From Candidatus Bathyarchaeota archaeon (lineage in GTDB: Archaea; Thermoproteota; Bathyarchaeia; Bathyarchaeales; Bathycorpusculaceae): 64,000 nt of DNA. This document shows positions 38,491 to 49,462 of the stretch, one piece after another. The notes below the pieces were generated by a model. The model searched no databases. It worked only from the letters and a program-made list of their open reading frames with translations, and was not told where the DNA came from. The stretch spans positions 871,144 through 935,143 of the forward strand of contig OY969560.1 of assembly GCA_963701045.1 (NCBI GenBank). Direction: 5' to 3'. The position numbers and the translations under genes are program-made. Every line of letters starts with the position of its first letter. The stretch's first letter is position 1.

Positions 38491-39995
38491 GCAGTGAACC
38501 GATTGAACGCCGAGTGTCTTATTTAGGTGATAGACTAAAGTCATGTCGTTGCCTAATTTGCGGCAAAGAGTACTTTGAAGTACGGGATTACTGTAGCAAC
38601 TGCGGCAGAAAGAGCTACGGAAAAATGGGCAGCATTGATTTGTTCTTTGATAAAGGCACACTTGAATTATGCACATTCGTCAATGAACCAACAAACAAAT
38701 TCATGAAACTCTCAAACTTCATTTATGGGATCATTTCATTTCATGATGGAAAAATCCGTGTTCCAGGTAGGCTTACAGACCAGCTGATTTGTGACGGCAA
38801 AGACATTGATTTTTCAAGCTTTGAAGGCAGAGAGGTTGTTCCACGTTTTAGAAGACGATATTCAGTAGGAAAAAACGAAGTTATTCCAACAATCTCCTTA
38901 GCTTTCACTTTAGCCGATGAATATTACCCTCACCAAGAGTACAAAATTGTTGAGCCAAAAAAAGAGTACGAGTTACCCGGTATTGTCGGTTACGGAGCTT
39001 ACACCTCCAAGTTTCGCATTAAAGAAGGCGGAATAGAACGTGCTGTTCCATACATTGATGAAGACTCAGTAACCGCGGCAGTTGAAGCTGGAAAATCGGC
39101 TCTGATTCATTCTGGGGTTAATAGTAATCTAATTGGAAAAGTTTATGTTGGCTCAGAATCGAACCCTTATGCCGTTAAGCCTATTGCATCTAAGGTTGCT
39201 CAAGTTCTGGAGCTTGGCGAAAAAGACGGGGATGTCCAAAGTGTAGATGCAATAGACACAGAATTTGCTTGCAAAGCTGGCACAAGCATGTATAAAGACG
39301 CATGTTCACTAGTCAGTTACCCACGTTCAGGCATTAAATACGCCATGGTTATCGGCGCTGATAACTCTCAAGCAGCACCTAGAGGATGCCCAGGTGGAGA
39401 ACTAGACCAATTTGTTGGTTTTGGTGGAGCAGCATTCATTTTCGGAAAGAATGATGTCATTGCTGAAGTTGAGGGTTGGTATTCATGTACTTCTGATACG
39501 CCTGATTTTTGGCGTCGCGATGGAGAACCTTTCCCAATGCACGGTGGACGTTTCACAGGTGACCCCGCATACTTCAAGCATGTTCGTAAAGCTGCGAGCA
39601 AACTTATGGATCGCTTAAATCTTAAAGCATCTGACTTGGACTATTTTGTGCCTCATCAGCCTAACCCTGTGTTTCCTGTTAGAGTCGCCAAAGAGCTTGG
39701 ATTCTCGGAGGAACAGTTTTCACCTGCATTACAAATCTGCAAGTTTGGCAACACCTATTCGGGTTGCACACCGGTTGGATTGGCCTCAGTTCTTGATGTT
39801 GCAAAACCAGATCAACGTATTTTAGTTGCAAGTTACGGTTCAGGTGCTGGAAGTGACGCCTACTTGCTTAGAACTACCAGCCAACTTATAGATAAGCGTA
39901 AACGACAGAAAGTTACAGTTAAATTCCAAGCTGAAAACCCATTCATCGAATACTTGGATTATACAACTTACCGTAGGCTTAAACTCGGCATGTAA
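38487..39995 (+). CDS. DUF35 (Zn-ribbon/OB) - hydroxymethylglutaryl-CoA synthase fusion
   Basis: N-terminal CLICG...CSNCGR plus OB-like region; then GIVGYG, EDSVT, VGSES.PYAVKP, EFACKAG, DTPDFWRR, HQPN, GNTYSG, SYGSGAGSD. Confidence 0.9.
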   Translation: MSSEPIERRVSYLGDRLKSCRCLICGKEYFEVRDYCSNCGRKSYGKMGSIDLFFDKGTLELCTFVNEPTNKFMKLSNFIYGIISFHDGKIRVPGRLTDQLICDGKDIDFSSFEGREVVPRFRRRYSVGKNEVIPTISLAFTLADEYYPHQEYKIVEPKKEYELPGIVGYGAYTSKFRIKEGGIERAVPYIDEDSVTAAVEAGKSALIHSGVNSNLIGKVYVGSESNPYAVKPIASKVAQVLELGEKDGDVQSVDAIDTEFACKAGTSMYKDACSLVSYPRSGIKYAMVIGADNSQAAPRGCPGGELDQFVGFGGAAFIFGKNDVIAEVEGWYSCTSDTPDFWRRDGEPFPMHGGRFTGDPAYFKHVRKAASKLMDRLNLKASDLDYFVPHQPNPVFPVRVAKELGFSEEQFSPALQICKFGNTYSGCTPVGLASVLDVAKPDQRILVASYGSGAGSDAYLLRTTSQLIDKRKRQKVTVKFQAENPFIEYLDYTTYRRLKLGM

Positions 39996-40047
39996 CAAAC
40001 ACTTAATAAATCCCAGTGAGAATTCTGCATACCCGAGGGCAAAGAGA

Positions 40048-41362
40048 TTGATTCTTAACGACATAGCAGAAGTGCTTTACGCGCCAGCAAAGGCTTTTAA
40101 AAAAATAATTGAAAACCCAAAATACTTAGGAGCTTTTCTAGTTCTTATCTTATTCTTTGTTGTAGCTATTGGTTACGAGACTGTTACATTCTCCAAAGTT
40201 TATGCAGAAAATACTTCACCTTCTGTTAATGAGTTTGCTAAATACACTAATGCCACATATTGGCAAGCAAGCGAAAATGTAGGTGTAAGTAATAATTATT
40301 CTGATTCTTTTAATTACAGCATCTATGTGTCAACATTTGGGCTTCCGGCAACAGATTCACAAGCATATTACAATATATTTTCAAATTACACAAATGACAT
40401 TGGCCCAAGCAGCCTACAGATTAATGGAACAAACATAACTAACGCTTCAGTTGCCATAGGCGGTGCCTTCAACGTCGATTGTAGTTCAAATGGCTTCCAG
40501 AACCTCTCAATGGTTATTAAGGAAGTATCCCCAAACACATCACCTCAAAAAGCAATTTTAACATTATACTCCATTAACGATGCGGACTTCTTCAAATATG
40601 ATTTAACCAGTTCCTTAACAAGTACATCAGACTGGCAAAATCTAACAATTCCATTAGGCCCTAATGCTCAAGGGTGGACAAGTTCAGGTTCGCCAAACTG
40701 GAGCAACATAACATCAATTAAACTAGATTTAGTTTATACAACCAGTTCAAGCGTGAACATTCACATCGGTGCTTTGTTTTTCCGAGGTCAATATGTTCAA
40801 GATCTAAACTCTGGCATTTTGTACAGTTATCTGGCTATGGCACTGCAGGTTGTCTTCACTTGGTTCATTCTAACTGCAATCATTTACCTCTTCTTTAAAG
40901 GCTTAAAAACTAACGTCGTCTGGAAACCTTTGCTAATCGCAGTTGGATTTTCAACAACAGTAATGATAATTCGTGAATTAGTTAATCTCGTTGCTGCGCT
41001 TGCGTTGCCAATGCTATATCTTCCGTATGACGTGACATTCGGTGCAGTCGCAAACTTGAGTGGTCTTCCTATCCCTTCGCAAGCGATTGGCAAAGCAATT
41101 TATTACCCTGTAGAAGCAATTGGAAGGTTAACTCCAGCATCTCAAGCAGCAGCTAACCTCATTACTTCCCAAACTGGCTATTTAGGAATTATTACATTGT
41201 TAACGCTGGTTATCTCATATGTTTGGCTGGGTATTCTTAGTTAGCATTGTCATAGGCACGATAAAACCGGAGTTTTCTATTGGAAAGAAAGTGGGAATAT
41301 CAGCAGGTAGCGTAATTATCACGATTATCATAATTTTGCTACTGCTGCAAATACCCATTTAG
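40048..41362 (+). CDS. Yip1-like membrane protein with a large extracellular insert; +1 frameshift near 41241
   Basis: VLYAPAKAFKKI Yip1 N-terminus, sequon-rich loop; the +1 frame continues SIVIGTIKPEFS.. plus a final TM helix to TAG 41362. Confidence 0.7.
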
Positions 41363-41479
41363 CCTTTTTCATTTTTTTCATGGACTTTTTTTTAGGGGTA
41401 AGCAAGATTTATATGATTGAAGGGCAACCTTTGCAAGTGAAAACCTCTAGCGAGGAATTTACGGTTTAGGTGACACAAA

Positions 41480-41773
41480 ATGGTTGCAATAAAAGACTTG
41501 CAAGATGGACAAAAGCGGGTTAGCGTTGAAGCAAAAGTTGTTGAGAAAAGCGAAGTTCGAGAAGTCAAATCGCGTTTCAAAGATGAAACTTACCGTATCG
41601 TTGACGCCGTCGTAGCAGACGAGACAGGAAGCATAAAACTAACCCTCTGGAACGACCAAATCAACTTAGTCAACGTTGGAGACAACATAAAAATCGAAAA
41701 CGGCTACATAACAAGCTTCAAAGGCGAAATGCAACTAAACGTTGGCAAATTCGGCAAGCTCACAGTAGGATAA
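41480..41773 (+). CDS. ssb: Single OB-fold single-stranded DNA-binding protein
   Basis: IKDL, VADETGSIKLTLW, IENGY..F.G..QLNVGKFG. Confidence 0.88.
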   Translation: MVAIKDLQDGQKRVSVEAKVVEKSEVREVKSRFKDETYRIVDAVVADETGSIKLTLWNDQINLVNVGDNIKIENGYITSFKGEMQLNVGKFGKLTVG

Positions 41774-41797
41774 AAACATTAATCATTTTATTTGTTT

Positions 41798-42616
41798 TCA
41801 ATCTTTTTGCATTTTTGTTGCTGATTTTAGTCTGATAGCTGCTGTCTTGAGTTCGTTTAGTAATTTTTCCATGTTAGAACTGTGTTTCTGAATGATATTG
41901 ATGAATGCGCTTCCAACAATTACTCCGTCTGCACCTGCTCTGATGATGCGTGCAACATGTTCGGGCTTAGATACGCCAAATCCAACTGCTAAAGGAACTC
42001 GCGTAGATGTAAGTGGTAAAATCCTTTTGACTAACTCGATTGTTGAATCTTCGATAGTCGACTGGGCTCCTGTGACGCCGAAGTGTGAAACAAGATAGAG
42101 AAAACCTGAAGAGGCATCCACAATGGTTGCTAAGCGCTCTGTTGAAGTTGATGGAGCAGCAAGGAAAATTGTATCTATACCTACCTTGCTAGCTGCTTTC
42201 CTGTAGTCATCAGCTTCTTCGACCGGCAGATCAGGAACAATTACCCCGTCAACCAAGCACTCTCTGGCATAAGTAAAAAACTGATCAAGTCCCATTCTGA
42301 AAATGGGGTTGTAATAAGTCATTATCACGATTGGAACATCATGTTTTTTCCGAATTTTCTTGGCGATTTCGAGTACTTTTGTTGGTGTTGTTCCAGCCTC
42401 CAAAGCCCGGATGCTTGCAGCTTGTATGGTTGGTCCATCAGCTATCGGATCAGAGAACGGTAATCCCAACTCCAAAATGTCTACGCCTCCGCTGATTAAT
42501 GCGCCGGCGATCTTTGGAGTTGCTTCTGGGGTTGGATCTCCTGCAGTTATGTAGCCGATAAGTGCGCCGTTTCCGAGAGATTTGGTTTTTTGGAAGGCTG
42601 CTTTAATTGTGTTCAT
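41798..42616 (-). CDS. trpA: Tryptophan synthase alpha chain
   Basis: [42 protein letters not shown]. Confidence 0.97.
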   Translation of the reverse strand: MNTIKAAFQKTKSLGNGALIGYITAGDPTPEATPKIAGALISGGVDILELGLPFSDPIADGPTIQAASIRALEAGTTPTKVLEIAKKIRKKHDVPIVIMTYYNPIFRMGLDQFFTYARECLVDGVIVPDLPVEEADDYRKAASKVGIDTIFLAAPSTSTERLATIVDASSGFLYLVSHFGVTGAQSTIEDSTIELVKRILPLTSTRVPLAVGFGVSKPEHVARIIRAGADGVIVGSAFINIIQKHSSNMEKLLNELKTAAIRLKSATKMQKD

Positions 42617-43806
42617 ATTTTTTCACCTATGTAGTCTGCGATTGTATTGACATCTTTGTCGCCTCGTCCGGATAATGTGACTACAATTGACTCAGATTTT
42701 TTCATTTTTGGAGCTAATTTTAATGCGTAGGCTACTGCATGGGCTGATTCCAAAGCTGGCAAGATTCCTTCCTCTTTAGATAAAATCAAAAATGCTTCTA
42801 CTGCTTCTTTATCTGTAGCTGAAACGTATTTTGCACGTTTTAGGGATTTGAGGAAAGAATGTTCAGGGCCTACCCCTGGATAATCTAATCCTGCAGATAC
42901 ACTGTTTGTGTTCTGGATTTGTCCATTGCTGTCTTGGAGAACGTAGGTTAACATGCCGTGGAAGACTCCTTCTGTGCCCGCTGCAAGTGATGCTGCGTGT
43001 TTTCCTGTTTTTAAGCCTTCTCCAGCTGCTTCTACGCCGTAAAACTCAACTTGGTCATTGTCTTCAAAAGGATAAAATGTTCCTATAGCGTTGCTTCCGC
43101 CGCCCACACATGCTACCAATGCGTTTAGTATTTTGCCTTCTTTGATGAATTGCTCTTTGATTTCTTTTCCGATGACGCTTTGAAAATCTCGAACGATCAT
43201 GGGGTACGGATGAGGACCCACAACTGAGCCTATAAGGTAATAAGTGGTTTGTAAGTTGGTGACCCAATCACGGAAGGCCTCGTTAATTGAGTCTTTTAGG
43301 GTTTTGGAACCTGAGCTAACTGGATGAACTTGCGCGCCTAAAAGTTTCATGCGGAAAACATTAAGTCGTTGACGCTCACAGTCTTCTGTTCCCATGTAGA
43401 CTTCTGCTTTCAAACCTAATGCTGCGCATGCAATTGCTGTGGCTACTCCATGTTGTCCTGCTCCAGTTTCAGCGATAATGCGTGTTTTGCCCATTCGCTT
43501 AGCAAGGAGGGCTTGTCCGATGGTGTTGTTTATTTTGTGGGCTCCGCCATGTGCGAGGTCTTCCCGCTTAAGGTAGATTTTGGCGCCACCTATTTTACGA
43601 GTCAAATTTTCAGCAAAATACAGTGGCGTGGGGCGTCCAACGAAATTTGAAAGATAATAATTTACCTCTTTTTGGAATGAGGGATCCTTGCATGCTTTTC
43701 CATAGGCTTCGTCCAATTCCATGATAGCTGTCATCAAAACTTCTGGAACGAATCGTCCGCCGTATTTACCGAATTTTCCGTTAATTGGATAATTATTTAT
43801 TTTCAT
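42613..43806 (-). CDS. trpB: Tryptophan synthase beta chain (TrpB1 type)
   Basis: [50 protein letters not shown]. Confidence 0.97.
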   Translation of the reverse strand: MKINNYPINGKFGKYGGRFVPEVLMTAIMELDEAYGKACKDPSFQKEVNYYLSNFVGRPTPLYFAENLTRKIGGAKIYLKREDLAHGGAHKINNTIGQALLAKRMGKTRIIAETGAGQHGVATAIACAALGLKAEVYMGTEDCERQRLNVFRMKLLGAQVHPVSSGSKTLKDSINEAFRDWVTNLQTTYYLIGSVVGPHPYPMIVRDFQSVIGKEIKEQFIKEGKILNALVACVGGGSNAIGTFYPFEDNDQVEFYGVEAAGEGLKTGKHAASLAAGTEGVFHGMLTYVLQDSNGQIQNTNSVSAGLDYPGVGPEHSFLKSLKRAKYVSATDKEAVEAFLILSKEEGILPALESAHAVAYALKLAPKMKKSESIVVTLSGRGDKDVNTIADYIGEKI

Positions 43807-44579
43807 GCATTCACAAACTCCTTGATTTTCTTTTGGACATCATCTGCAAGCATTATAGATGAGCCAATTAGGAAAGCGTCTGAACCGTAACTTCGGAGAA
43901 GCTGTAGGTCAACTGGAGATTTTATTCCGCTTTCACTTATGATTGTTTTGTTGTCTTTCCCATTTTCCATTAGGATTTGTTTTGTTGTGTTGAGATCAAT
44001 TTGAAGATTTGATAAGTTTCGGTTATTGATTCCGATTAAGTCGGCGCCTGTTTCCATCGCAGTCTTAAATTCATCGCTTGTGTGGGTTTCCAGCAAAACC
44101 TCGAGTCCTTTTCCATGAGCAAAGGTTATCATTTTGTTTATTTCCATTTCGCAGCAGCCCCGTTCAAAAAGAGCTTCAATCAGTAAAACCGCATTTGCTC
44201 CAATTTGTGCGGCAACTTCTATTTGATCTGCAACGATGATTATGTCTTTCATTAGAATGGGTATTTTCACGACCTCTCTTGCTTGGGCAAGTGTTAAGAG
44301 TGATCCATGGAAATGTTTAGGTTCTGTTAAAACAGAAATGCCCACTGCGCCGGCTGCTTCCATTGCAGTTGCAATTGCTTTTGGATCAATATTTTCTCGT
44401 ATAGTTCCAGCTGACGGTGAAGCTGCCTTTAATTCAGTAATAACTGCATTTGCCTTGCAATTTTGAATGGCTTGTTTTAAGCTAATTTTTGGTTGCTTTG
44501 CGTAAGTGAATTTTTTGTAGTATCCGCTTTCCACTGTTTTTGCTGCATCCATCGCCAATGTATCTAGAAAATCATTCAT
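43803..44579 (-). CDS. trpC: Indole-3-glycerol phosphate synthase
   Basis: [35 protein letters not shown]. Confidence 0.96.
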   Translation of the reverse strand: MNDFLDTLAMDAAKTVESGYYKKFTYAKQPKISLKQAIQNCKANAVITELKAASPSAGTIRENIDPKAIATAMEAAGAVGISVLTEPKHFHGSLLTLAQAREVVKIPILMKDIIIVADQIEVAAQIGANAVLLIEALFERGCCEMEINKMITFAHGKGLEVLLETHTSDEFKTAMETGADLIGINNRNLSNLQIDLNTTKQILMENGKDNKTIISESGIKSPVDLQLLRSYGSDAFLIGSSIMLADDVQKKIKEFVNA

Positions 44580-45633
44580 AGATGGCTTTTAACTCCTCAA
44601 GTTTCTGTAAATCCCCACCTGATAAAGCAACCAACCTCTCTAGTTTGGAGTATGCGGATTTGCTTTCAATTGATTTTCGAGCCAACTCCATACCTTCCTT
44701 GAAGTTGTTGGCTTTTCCGCCAACGATTATTCCGGCTGCTGCGTTAACAAGTACAAACTCTGTTTTAGGGTCATCCATATTTAAGTTACCGTTTAGGATT
44801 CTAAAGATTGTTTGAGCGCTCTCAGCTGAAGTTGACACTTTCAAATCGGCTTCGGTTGCTTTTTTTACACCAAAAGTTCTGGGTGAGGTTATCATCTGCT
44901 TTACTTTAGCGTTTTTTAAGTGAGAAATGGCTGTTTTGCCGATTGTTGAAATTTCATCCAAGCCGTCAAGTCCATGGACAACCATAGCTTCCTTACATCC
45001 CAGCCGATCAAGTGCGTAAGCTACTGGCTCTGTGAGTTTTGGATCGTAGACACCTAGCACTTGAGCGTTTGCAGACGCAGGGTTAGTTAAGGGCCCTAAA
45101 AGATTGAAGACTGTTCTGATTCCTATTTCTCTTCTAGGTTCTGCTGCAAATTTCATAGCTGGATGAAATTCTGGCGCAAATAAAAAGCCTATTCCAATAG
45201 TTTCAATAGCTTTTTCAACTTCCTTTGGAGGCGAGTTAAGGTTTAAGCCAAGCCTCTCTAGAACATCGGCACTACCGCTTTTGCTTGTTACAGCTCTGTT
45301 TCCATGTTTCGCTACAGCGACGCCTGCGCCTGCAATCACAAACGCCGATGCAGTGCTGACGTTGAATGTTTTTATTTTATCTCCACCCGTTCCGCAAGTG
45401 TCTACCAAACGGTTTCTTACTTTTGGGTGAATTTGTATGCCGTTTTCTCTCATGACTTGGGCAAAAGCGATGAGTTCTTCAACTCCTTCACCTTTCATTC
45501 GTAATGCTGTTAAGAAAGCGGCTGTTTGTGAGCTTGTGGCTGTACCTGACACGACTTCTCGCATTATTTGTCCTGATTCATCCATGGTTAGGCTGCAACC
45601 TTCAATGAGTTTCTGAATGCCTTCCTGGATCAT
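44572..45633 (-). CDS. trpD: Anthranilate phosphoribosyltransferase
   Basis: DTCGTGGD..TFNVST, KHGNRAVTSKSGSAD, RTVFNLLGPLTNP, GLDEIS. Confidence 0.97.
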   Translation of the reverse strand: MIQEGIQKLIEGCSLTMDESGQIMREVVSGTATSSQTAAFLTALRMKGEGVEELIAFAQVMRENGIQIHPKVRNRLVDTCGTGGDKIKTFNVSTASAFVIAGAGVAVAKHGNRAVTSKSGSADVLERLGLNLNSPPKEVEKAIETIGIGFLFAPEFHPAMKFAAEPRREIGIRTVFNLLGPLTNPASANAQVLGVYDPKLTEPVAYALDRLGCKEAMVVHGLDGLDEISTIGKTAISHLKNAKVKQMITSPRTFGVKKATEADLKVSTSAESAQTIFRILNGNLNMDDPKTEFVLVNAAAGIIVGGKANNFKEGMELARKSIESKSAYSKLERLVALSGGDLQKLEELKAIYE

Positions 45634-46217
45634 GTTTGTTTACCTTCTAAAAAGTTCTTGATAATTAGCTTTCCATCCTCACAAAGAATGGATTCAGGAT
45701 GAAACTGTACACCAACAATTGGAAATTTAACGTGTCGCACAGCCATAATTTCGTTATCATCGACGCATTCTGCAGTTATTTCTAAACAAGCTGGAATTGA
45801 GCTTCGTTCTCCTACAAGAGAGTGATATCTAGTAGCTCGAAACGGATTGCGTACGCCGCTGAAAATTCCTTTTTTGTCATGTTTAATGGCGCAGGTTTTT
45901 CCATGCATGAGCCTTTTTGCACGAATGACTTTTCCCCCATATGCATGAATAATGCCTTGGTGTCCTAAGCATACGCCTAAAGTTGGCACAGTTTGGCTGA
46001 TGGTTTGTAGAATTTGTGTGCAAACGCCAAAGCATCTTACATCTTCGGGGGTTCCTGGTCCTGGCGAAATGACAATTCTATCAGGTTTTAGCGTCTGCAC
46101 TTGTTTTAATGTGATTTGATCATTTCGGTAAACTATAGTTTCTGAACCTAATTCGCCTATGTATTGTTCAAGGTTGTAAACGAAGGAGTCGTAATTGTCG
46201 ATGATTAAGATTTTCAT
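45630..46217 (-). CDS. trpG: Anthranilate synthase component II
   Basis: IDNYDSF, SPGPG, GVCLGHQ, RYHSL, QFHPES. Confidence 0.97.
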   Translation of the reverse strand: MKILIIDNYDSFVYNLEQYIGELGSETIVYRNDQITLKQVQTLKPDRIVISPGPGTPEDVRCFGVCTQILQTISQTVPTLGVCLGHQGIIHAYGGKVIRAKRLMHGKTCAIKHDKKGIFSGVRNPFRATRYHSLVGERSSIPACLEITAECVDDNEIMAVRHVKFPIVGVQFHPESILCEDGKLIIKNFLEGKQT

Positions 46218-47659
46218 GCTTTTGTTTCTCCTGCAAGTTTTAGTGCCTGCATCAAAGCTTTGGCTTTATGATCAGTTTCAAACCATTCACGTTCAGGAAC
46301 TGAATCTGCTACGATTCCCGCGCCAGCTTGAATGTAGGCTTGATTTTTGTCAGCGAATAGCGTTCGTATTGTTATTGCAAAGTCCGCGTTACCATTATAG
46401 GAGAAGTAACCTATCGCGCCTGCGTAAGGTCCACGTCTTTCGGTTTCAAGTTCATCTATGATTTCCATTGCTCGAACCTTGGGCGCTCCAGAAACAGTTC
46501 CAGCAGGAAAAACTGCTCTGAGCGCATCATAGCTTTTGAGTTCATCTTTGAGCTCTCCTACAACCTGAGACACGATGTGCTGGACATGGCTGTATTGATG
46601 TATTTTCATGAATTCTGGGACATTAACACTTCCATACTTCGAGATTCTGCCAAGATCGTTTCGAGCTAGATCCACTAGCATTACGTGTTCTGCGCATTCT
46701 TTGGGATCAGCGAGCAACTCATTTGATAATCTGCTGTTTTCGTCAGAATCTTGTGAAATTGGCCTTGTTCCAGCAATTGGAAAAGTTGAAACTTGACGGT
46801 TTTCGACTCGAACAAGCATTTCTGGGCTGGAACCAACAATTTGTCGTTCGCAAGTCTTGTAATAATACATGTAGGGCGAAGGATTAATTGTGCGTAGAGA
46901 TTCATAAAATGGGATGAGGTCTCCTTCTATTTCGAATTGATACCGTTTTGAAAGAACAACTTGGAAAACATCGCCTGCGGTAACGTACTCTTTTGCTTTT
47001 TCCACTGATCTTTCAAAATCTTCTTTTCTCGTATTTACTTTGGGCGTTGAAAAAATTATTTTTTCATAATCAACCGATGATCCCAATAGATCTTCGACTT
47101 CAGGCAAGCGATTTTCGCCACGGTAGTAATAGAATGCCTGCTCATTCAAATGATCAAAAATGAAGCCATCGTCGAATATGCCCATTTCTAAGTCGGGAAA
47201 ACCTGGATCAACGTGATGATTTTCAGGCAGTTTTTCCCAGTAACGCACAGCATCATATGAAATGTAGCCGACTGCTCCTCCTACGAAGCGAAACTGACGG
47301 TTTGTTACTTCCTCGTATTTTAGCAAGGTTTCAATTGTTTTTAAAGGGTCGTTTGTTTTTTGAGTGGTGGTTTCGCCTGTTTTTTGGTTTTCTATTTTGG
47401 TTTTTCCGTTTTTAGTTTGGATTGTTATTTTTGGGTCGAATCCAATAAAGGAATATTTTGCAAGTTTTTGTGGTCCTTCGATTGATTCAAGAAGGTAGGT
47501 TGTTTTGTGTTTTTTTTGGAGTTTTGAGAATATTTCTATGGGTTGAGTTTGGAGTCTTATTTGTTTGATTTTTAGGTTGCTAGCTGGTGTAGTTGTTGTC
47601 TCTGAGCCAAAGGCGATTCCCCATTTGTTATACTTCCTATGTTTATAGTTGAGAAGCAT
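46214..47659 (-). CDS. trpE: Anthranilate synthase component I (true start uncertain)
   Basis: LLES, GDVFQVVLS, NPSPYM, SSPEML, PIAGTR, EHVMLVDLARND, GAPKVRAM. Confidence 0.95.
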   Translation of the reverse strand: MLLNYKHRKYNKWGIAFGSETTTTPASNLKIKQIRLQTQPIEIFSKLQKKHKTTYLLESIEGPQKLAKYSFIGFDPKITIQTKNGKTKIENQKTGETTTQKTNDPLKTIETLLKYEEVTNRQFRFVGGAVGYISYDAVRYWEKLPENHHVDPGFPDLEMGIFDDGFIFDHLNEQAFYYYRGENRLPEVEDLLGSSVDYEKIIFSTPKVNTRKEDFERSVEKAKEYVTAGDVFQVVLSKRYQFEIEGDLIPFYESLRTINPSPYMYYYKTCERQIVGSSPEMLVRVENRQVSTFPIAGTRPISQDSDENSRLSNELLADPKECAEHVMLVDLARNDLGRISKYGSVNVPEFMKIHQYSHVQHIVSQVVGELKDELKSYDALRAVFPAGTVSGAPKVRAMEIIDELETERRGPYAGAIGYFSYNGNADFAITIRTLFADKNQAYIQAGAGIVADSVPEREWFETDHKAKALMQALKLAGETKA

Positions 47660-47703
47660 ACTCCAATGTATTATTTAAGGCTTATCTGTACAAAAATGTA
47701 CAT

Positions 47704-48033
47704 TTAACGAGTGGGTTGTATGACAGTATCCATCCAATCTAAATAGTCCTTCGATCCATCAACAATTGGAAACGCCAAAACCTCAGGAACCTCATAACTA
47801 TGCAAACCCTTAACCTTCTCCACAATCTGCTTAAACAAATCTAATCGTGACTTCATAATAATCATACATTCATCAGCTCTCTCAATTTTGTTTTGCCAAA
47901 AGAAAAAAGAGTCAATCGGGTTGACAAGGTTGGCACACGCAATTAATCTATCTTTTAGAAGTGATTGTGATAGTTGTTCAGCCTCAGTCCTGTCTTTTGT
48001 TGTAACAAATATGATTATGTAGTTGTCTTTCAT
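47704..48033 (-). CDS. cutA: Divalent-cation tolerance protein CutA
   Basis: LIACAN, W..KIE..E, HSYEVPE, YLDW. Confidence 0.93.
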   Translation of the reverse strand: MKDNYIIIFVTTKDRTEAEQLSQSLLKDRLIACANLVNPIDSFFFWQNKIERADECMIIMKSRLDLFKQIVEKVKGLHSYEVPEVLAFPIVDGSKDYLDWMDTVIQPTR

Positions 48034-48164
48034 AGCTGTTTTACCTAAAGATGTTTAGTTTTGAAAGTAAATAAACATACCATTTTATGATTATTATCTA
48101 TAGAAACAACTTTGGTTCAACTTCTATTGAATAACGTTAAATGGAAGGGTGAGTAATCAAACTT

Positions 48165-48677
48165 GTGGAATGCTGGGTGGACGAAATAGCAATTACAGTT
48201 CTAAAAGAGTTAAGTAAACTTACAAACCGCATGGACCTGAATTTGTTTTCTCTTAAGGTTAATTTGACCCCTAATGAAACTGTTCTTCAGTTTCAACAGT
48301 TGGTTAAAGAGGGTTTCTTGCAGAAGATTGGTAACGGGTATGGCATAACAAAGAGGGGTAAAATTGCCCTTAAAGTGCTTACACCTGTTCCAGAAAAATT
48401 GGGTTTTCAGTTTTATTATGGCATTGATCGCCCAGCAGATTTCTTTGCAGATACTTTAAAGGATTTTTACTTAGTTATCAAACAGATTAATGTTGAATCT
48501 TTAGAGTTTCACCTGTACAGAGGTGACTTTGAAAGTTGGCTAAAAGAAAGCTTCAAAGACCCTCAACTTGCTTTTGAGTTTGGAGCAACACGAGCATTTA
48601 ACTTAAGGGGCGAAGATCTTAGGGCAGAGCTCCTAAAAACTTTAGACAAAAACTACTGTGTCCAGCAACTTCTGTGA
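48165..48677 (+). CDS. Winged-helix plus DUF5752-like domain hypothetical protein
   Basis: wHTH-like YGITKRG; F.FY......A..L..F...I...SLEFHLYRGDFESW. Confidence 0.6.
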   Translation: MECWVDEIAITVLKELSKLTNRMDLNLFSLKVNLTPNETVLQFQQLVKEGFLQKIGNGYGITKRGKIALKVLTPVPEKLGFQFYYGIDRPADFFADTLKDFYLVIKQINVESLEFHLYRGDFESWLKESFKDPQLAFEFGATRAFNLRGEDLRAELLKTLDKNYCVQQLL

Positions 48678-48785
48678 AGAGACTTAATTTCACCCAACTG
48701 TTCTATTTCAAAAAAATAAGTTGAATATCTCGATTAGGTAATGAATGCAAAAGTATTATTCTTGCTTCAATGAACATTCATTTTA

Positions 48786-49453
48786 TGTTGCGTGTTGGTC
48801 ATCGAGGAGCAAGAGCTTACGCGCCTGAGAATACCTTGACGAGTTTTAGAAAAGCGATTGAATTAGACGTTAACGCAATTGAGTTTGACGTAAGAAAAAC
48901 TAAAGATGGAATATTAGTAGTCATCCATGATGCAGATGTAAAACGTACAACCAATGGCGAAGGATTAGTATCCGAGTTGACGCTAAACAAAATAAAAAGC
49001 TTATCTACCGAAGACAATGAGAAAATTCCAACCCTTGAAGAAGCCCTAGATTTTTTGGAAAAAAAAGTACAAGTGCTGATAGAGCTAAAAGAAGTCGGCT
49101 GTGAAAAACAAGTTCTCGATATTGTTCATGCAAAAGGATTGGAAAAAACCGTCATTATAACCTCTTTTCTTGAAGAAGTTCTGCAAAAAGTCAGAGAGCT
49201 TGATAGCAATGTGGCAACTGGCTTAATCTACGCAACTCATAAAAGCCCAGTGGAAGCTGCTCTCAAATTGAAGGCAAATTATTTAGTTGCTTTATACCGG
49301 TTTGTTCATACCGCCAACGTGGTTAAAGCCCATGAGAATGGATTAAAAGTTGTAGTTTGGACTGTGAACGAGCGTTCAGAGGTTGAAGCATATGTTAAGA
49401 AAGGTGTCGACGGTATAGCCAGCGATAAACCAGACATTCTTAAACAGACTTAA
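48786..49453 (+). CDS. Glycerophosphodiester phosphodiesterase
   Basis: GHRGA..PENT, EFDV..TKDG..VVIHD, IELK, WTVN, GIASD. Confidence 0.93.
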
Positions 49454-49462
49454 AACAGTAAC

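Noticed and set aside
47340-47600. G/T-rich tract as another repeat copy
   Set aside because: It lies within the trpE coding frame and lacks the repeat's shared motifs; it reflects A/C-biased codon usage.
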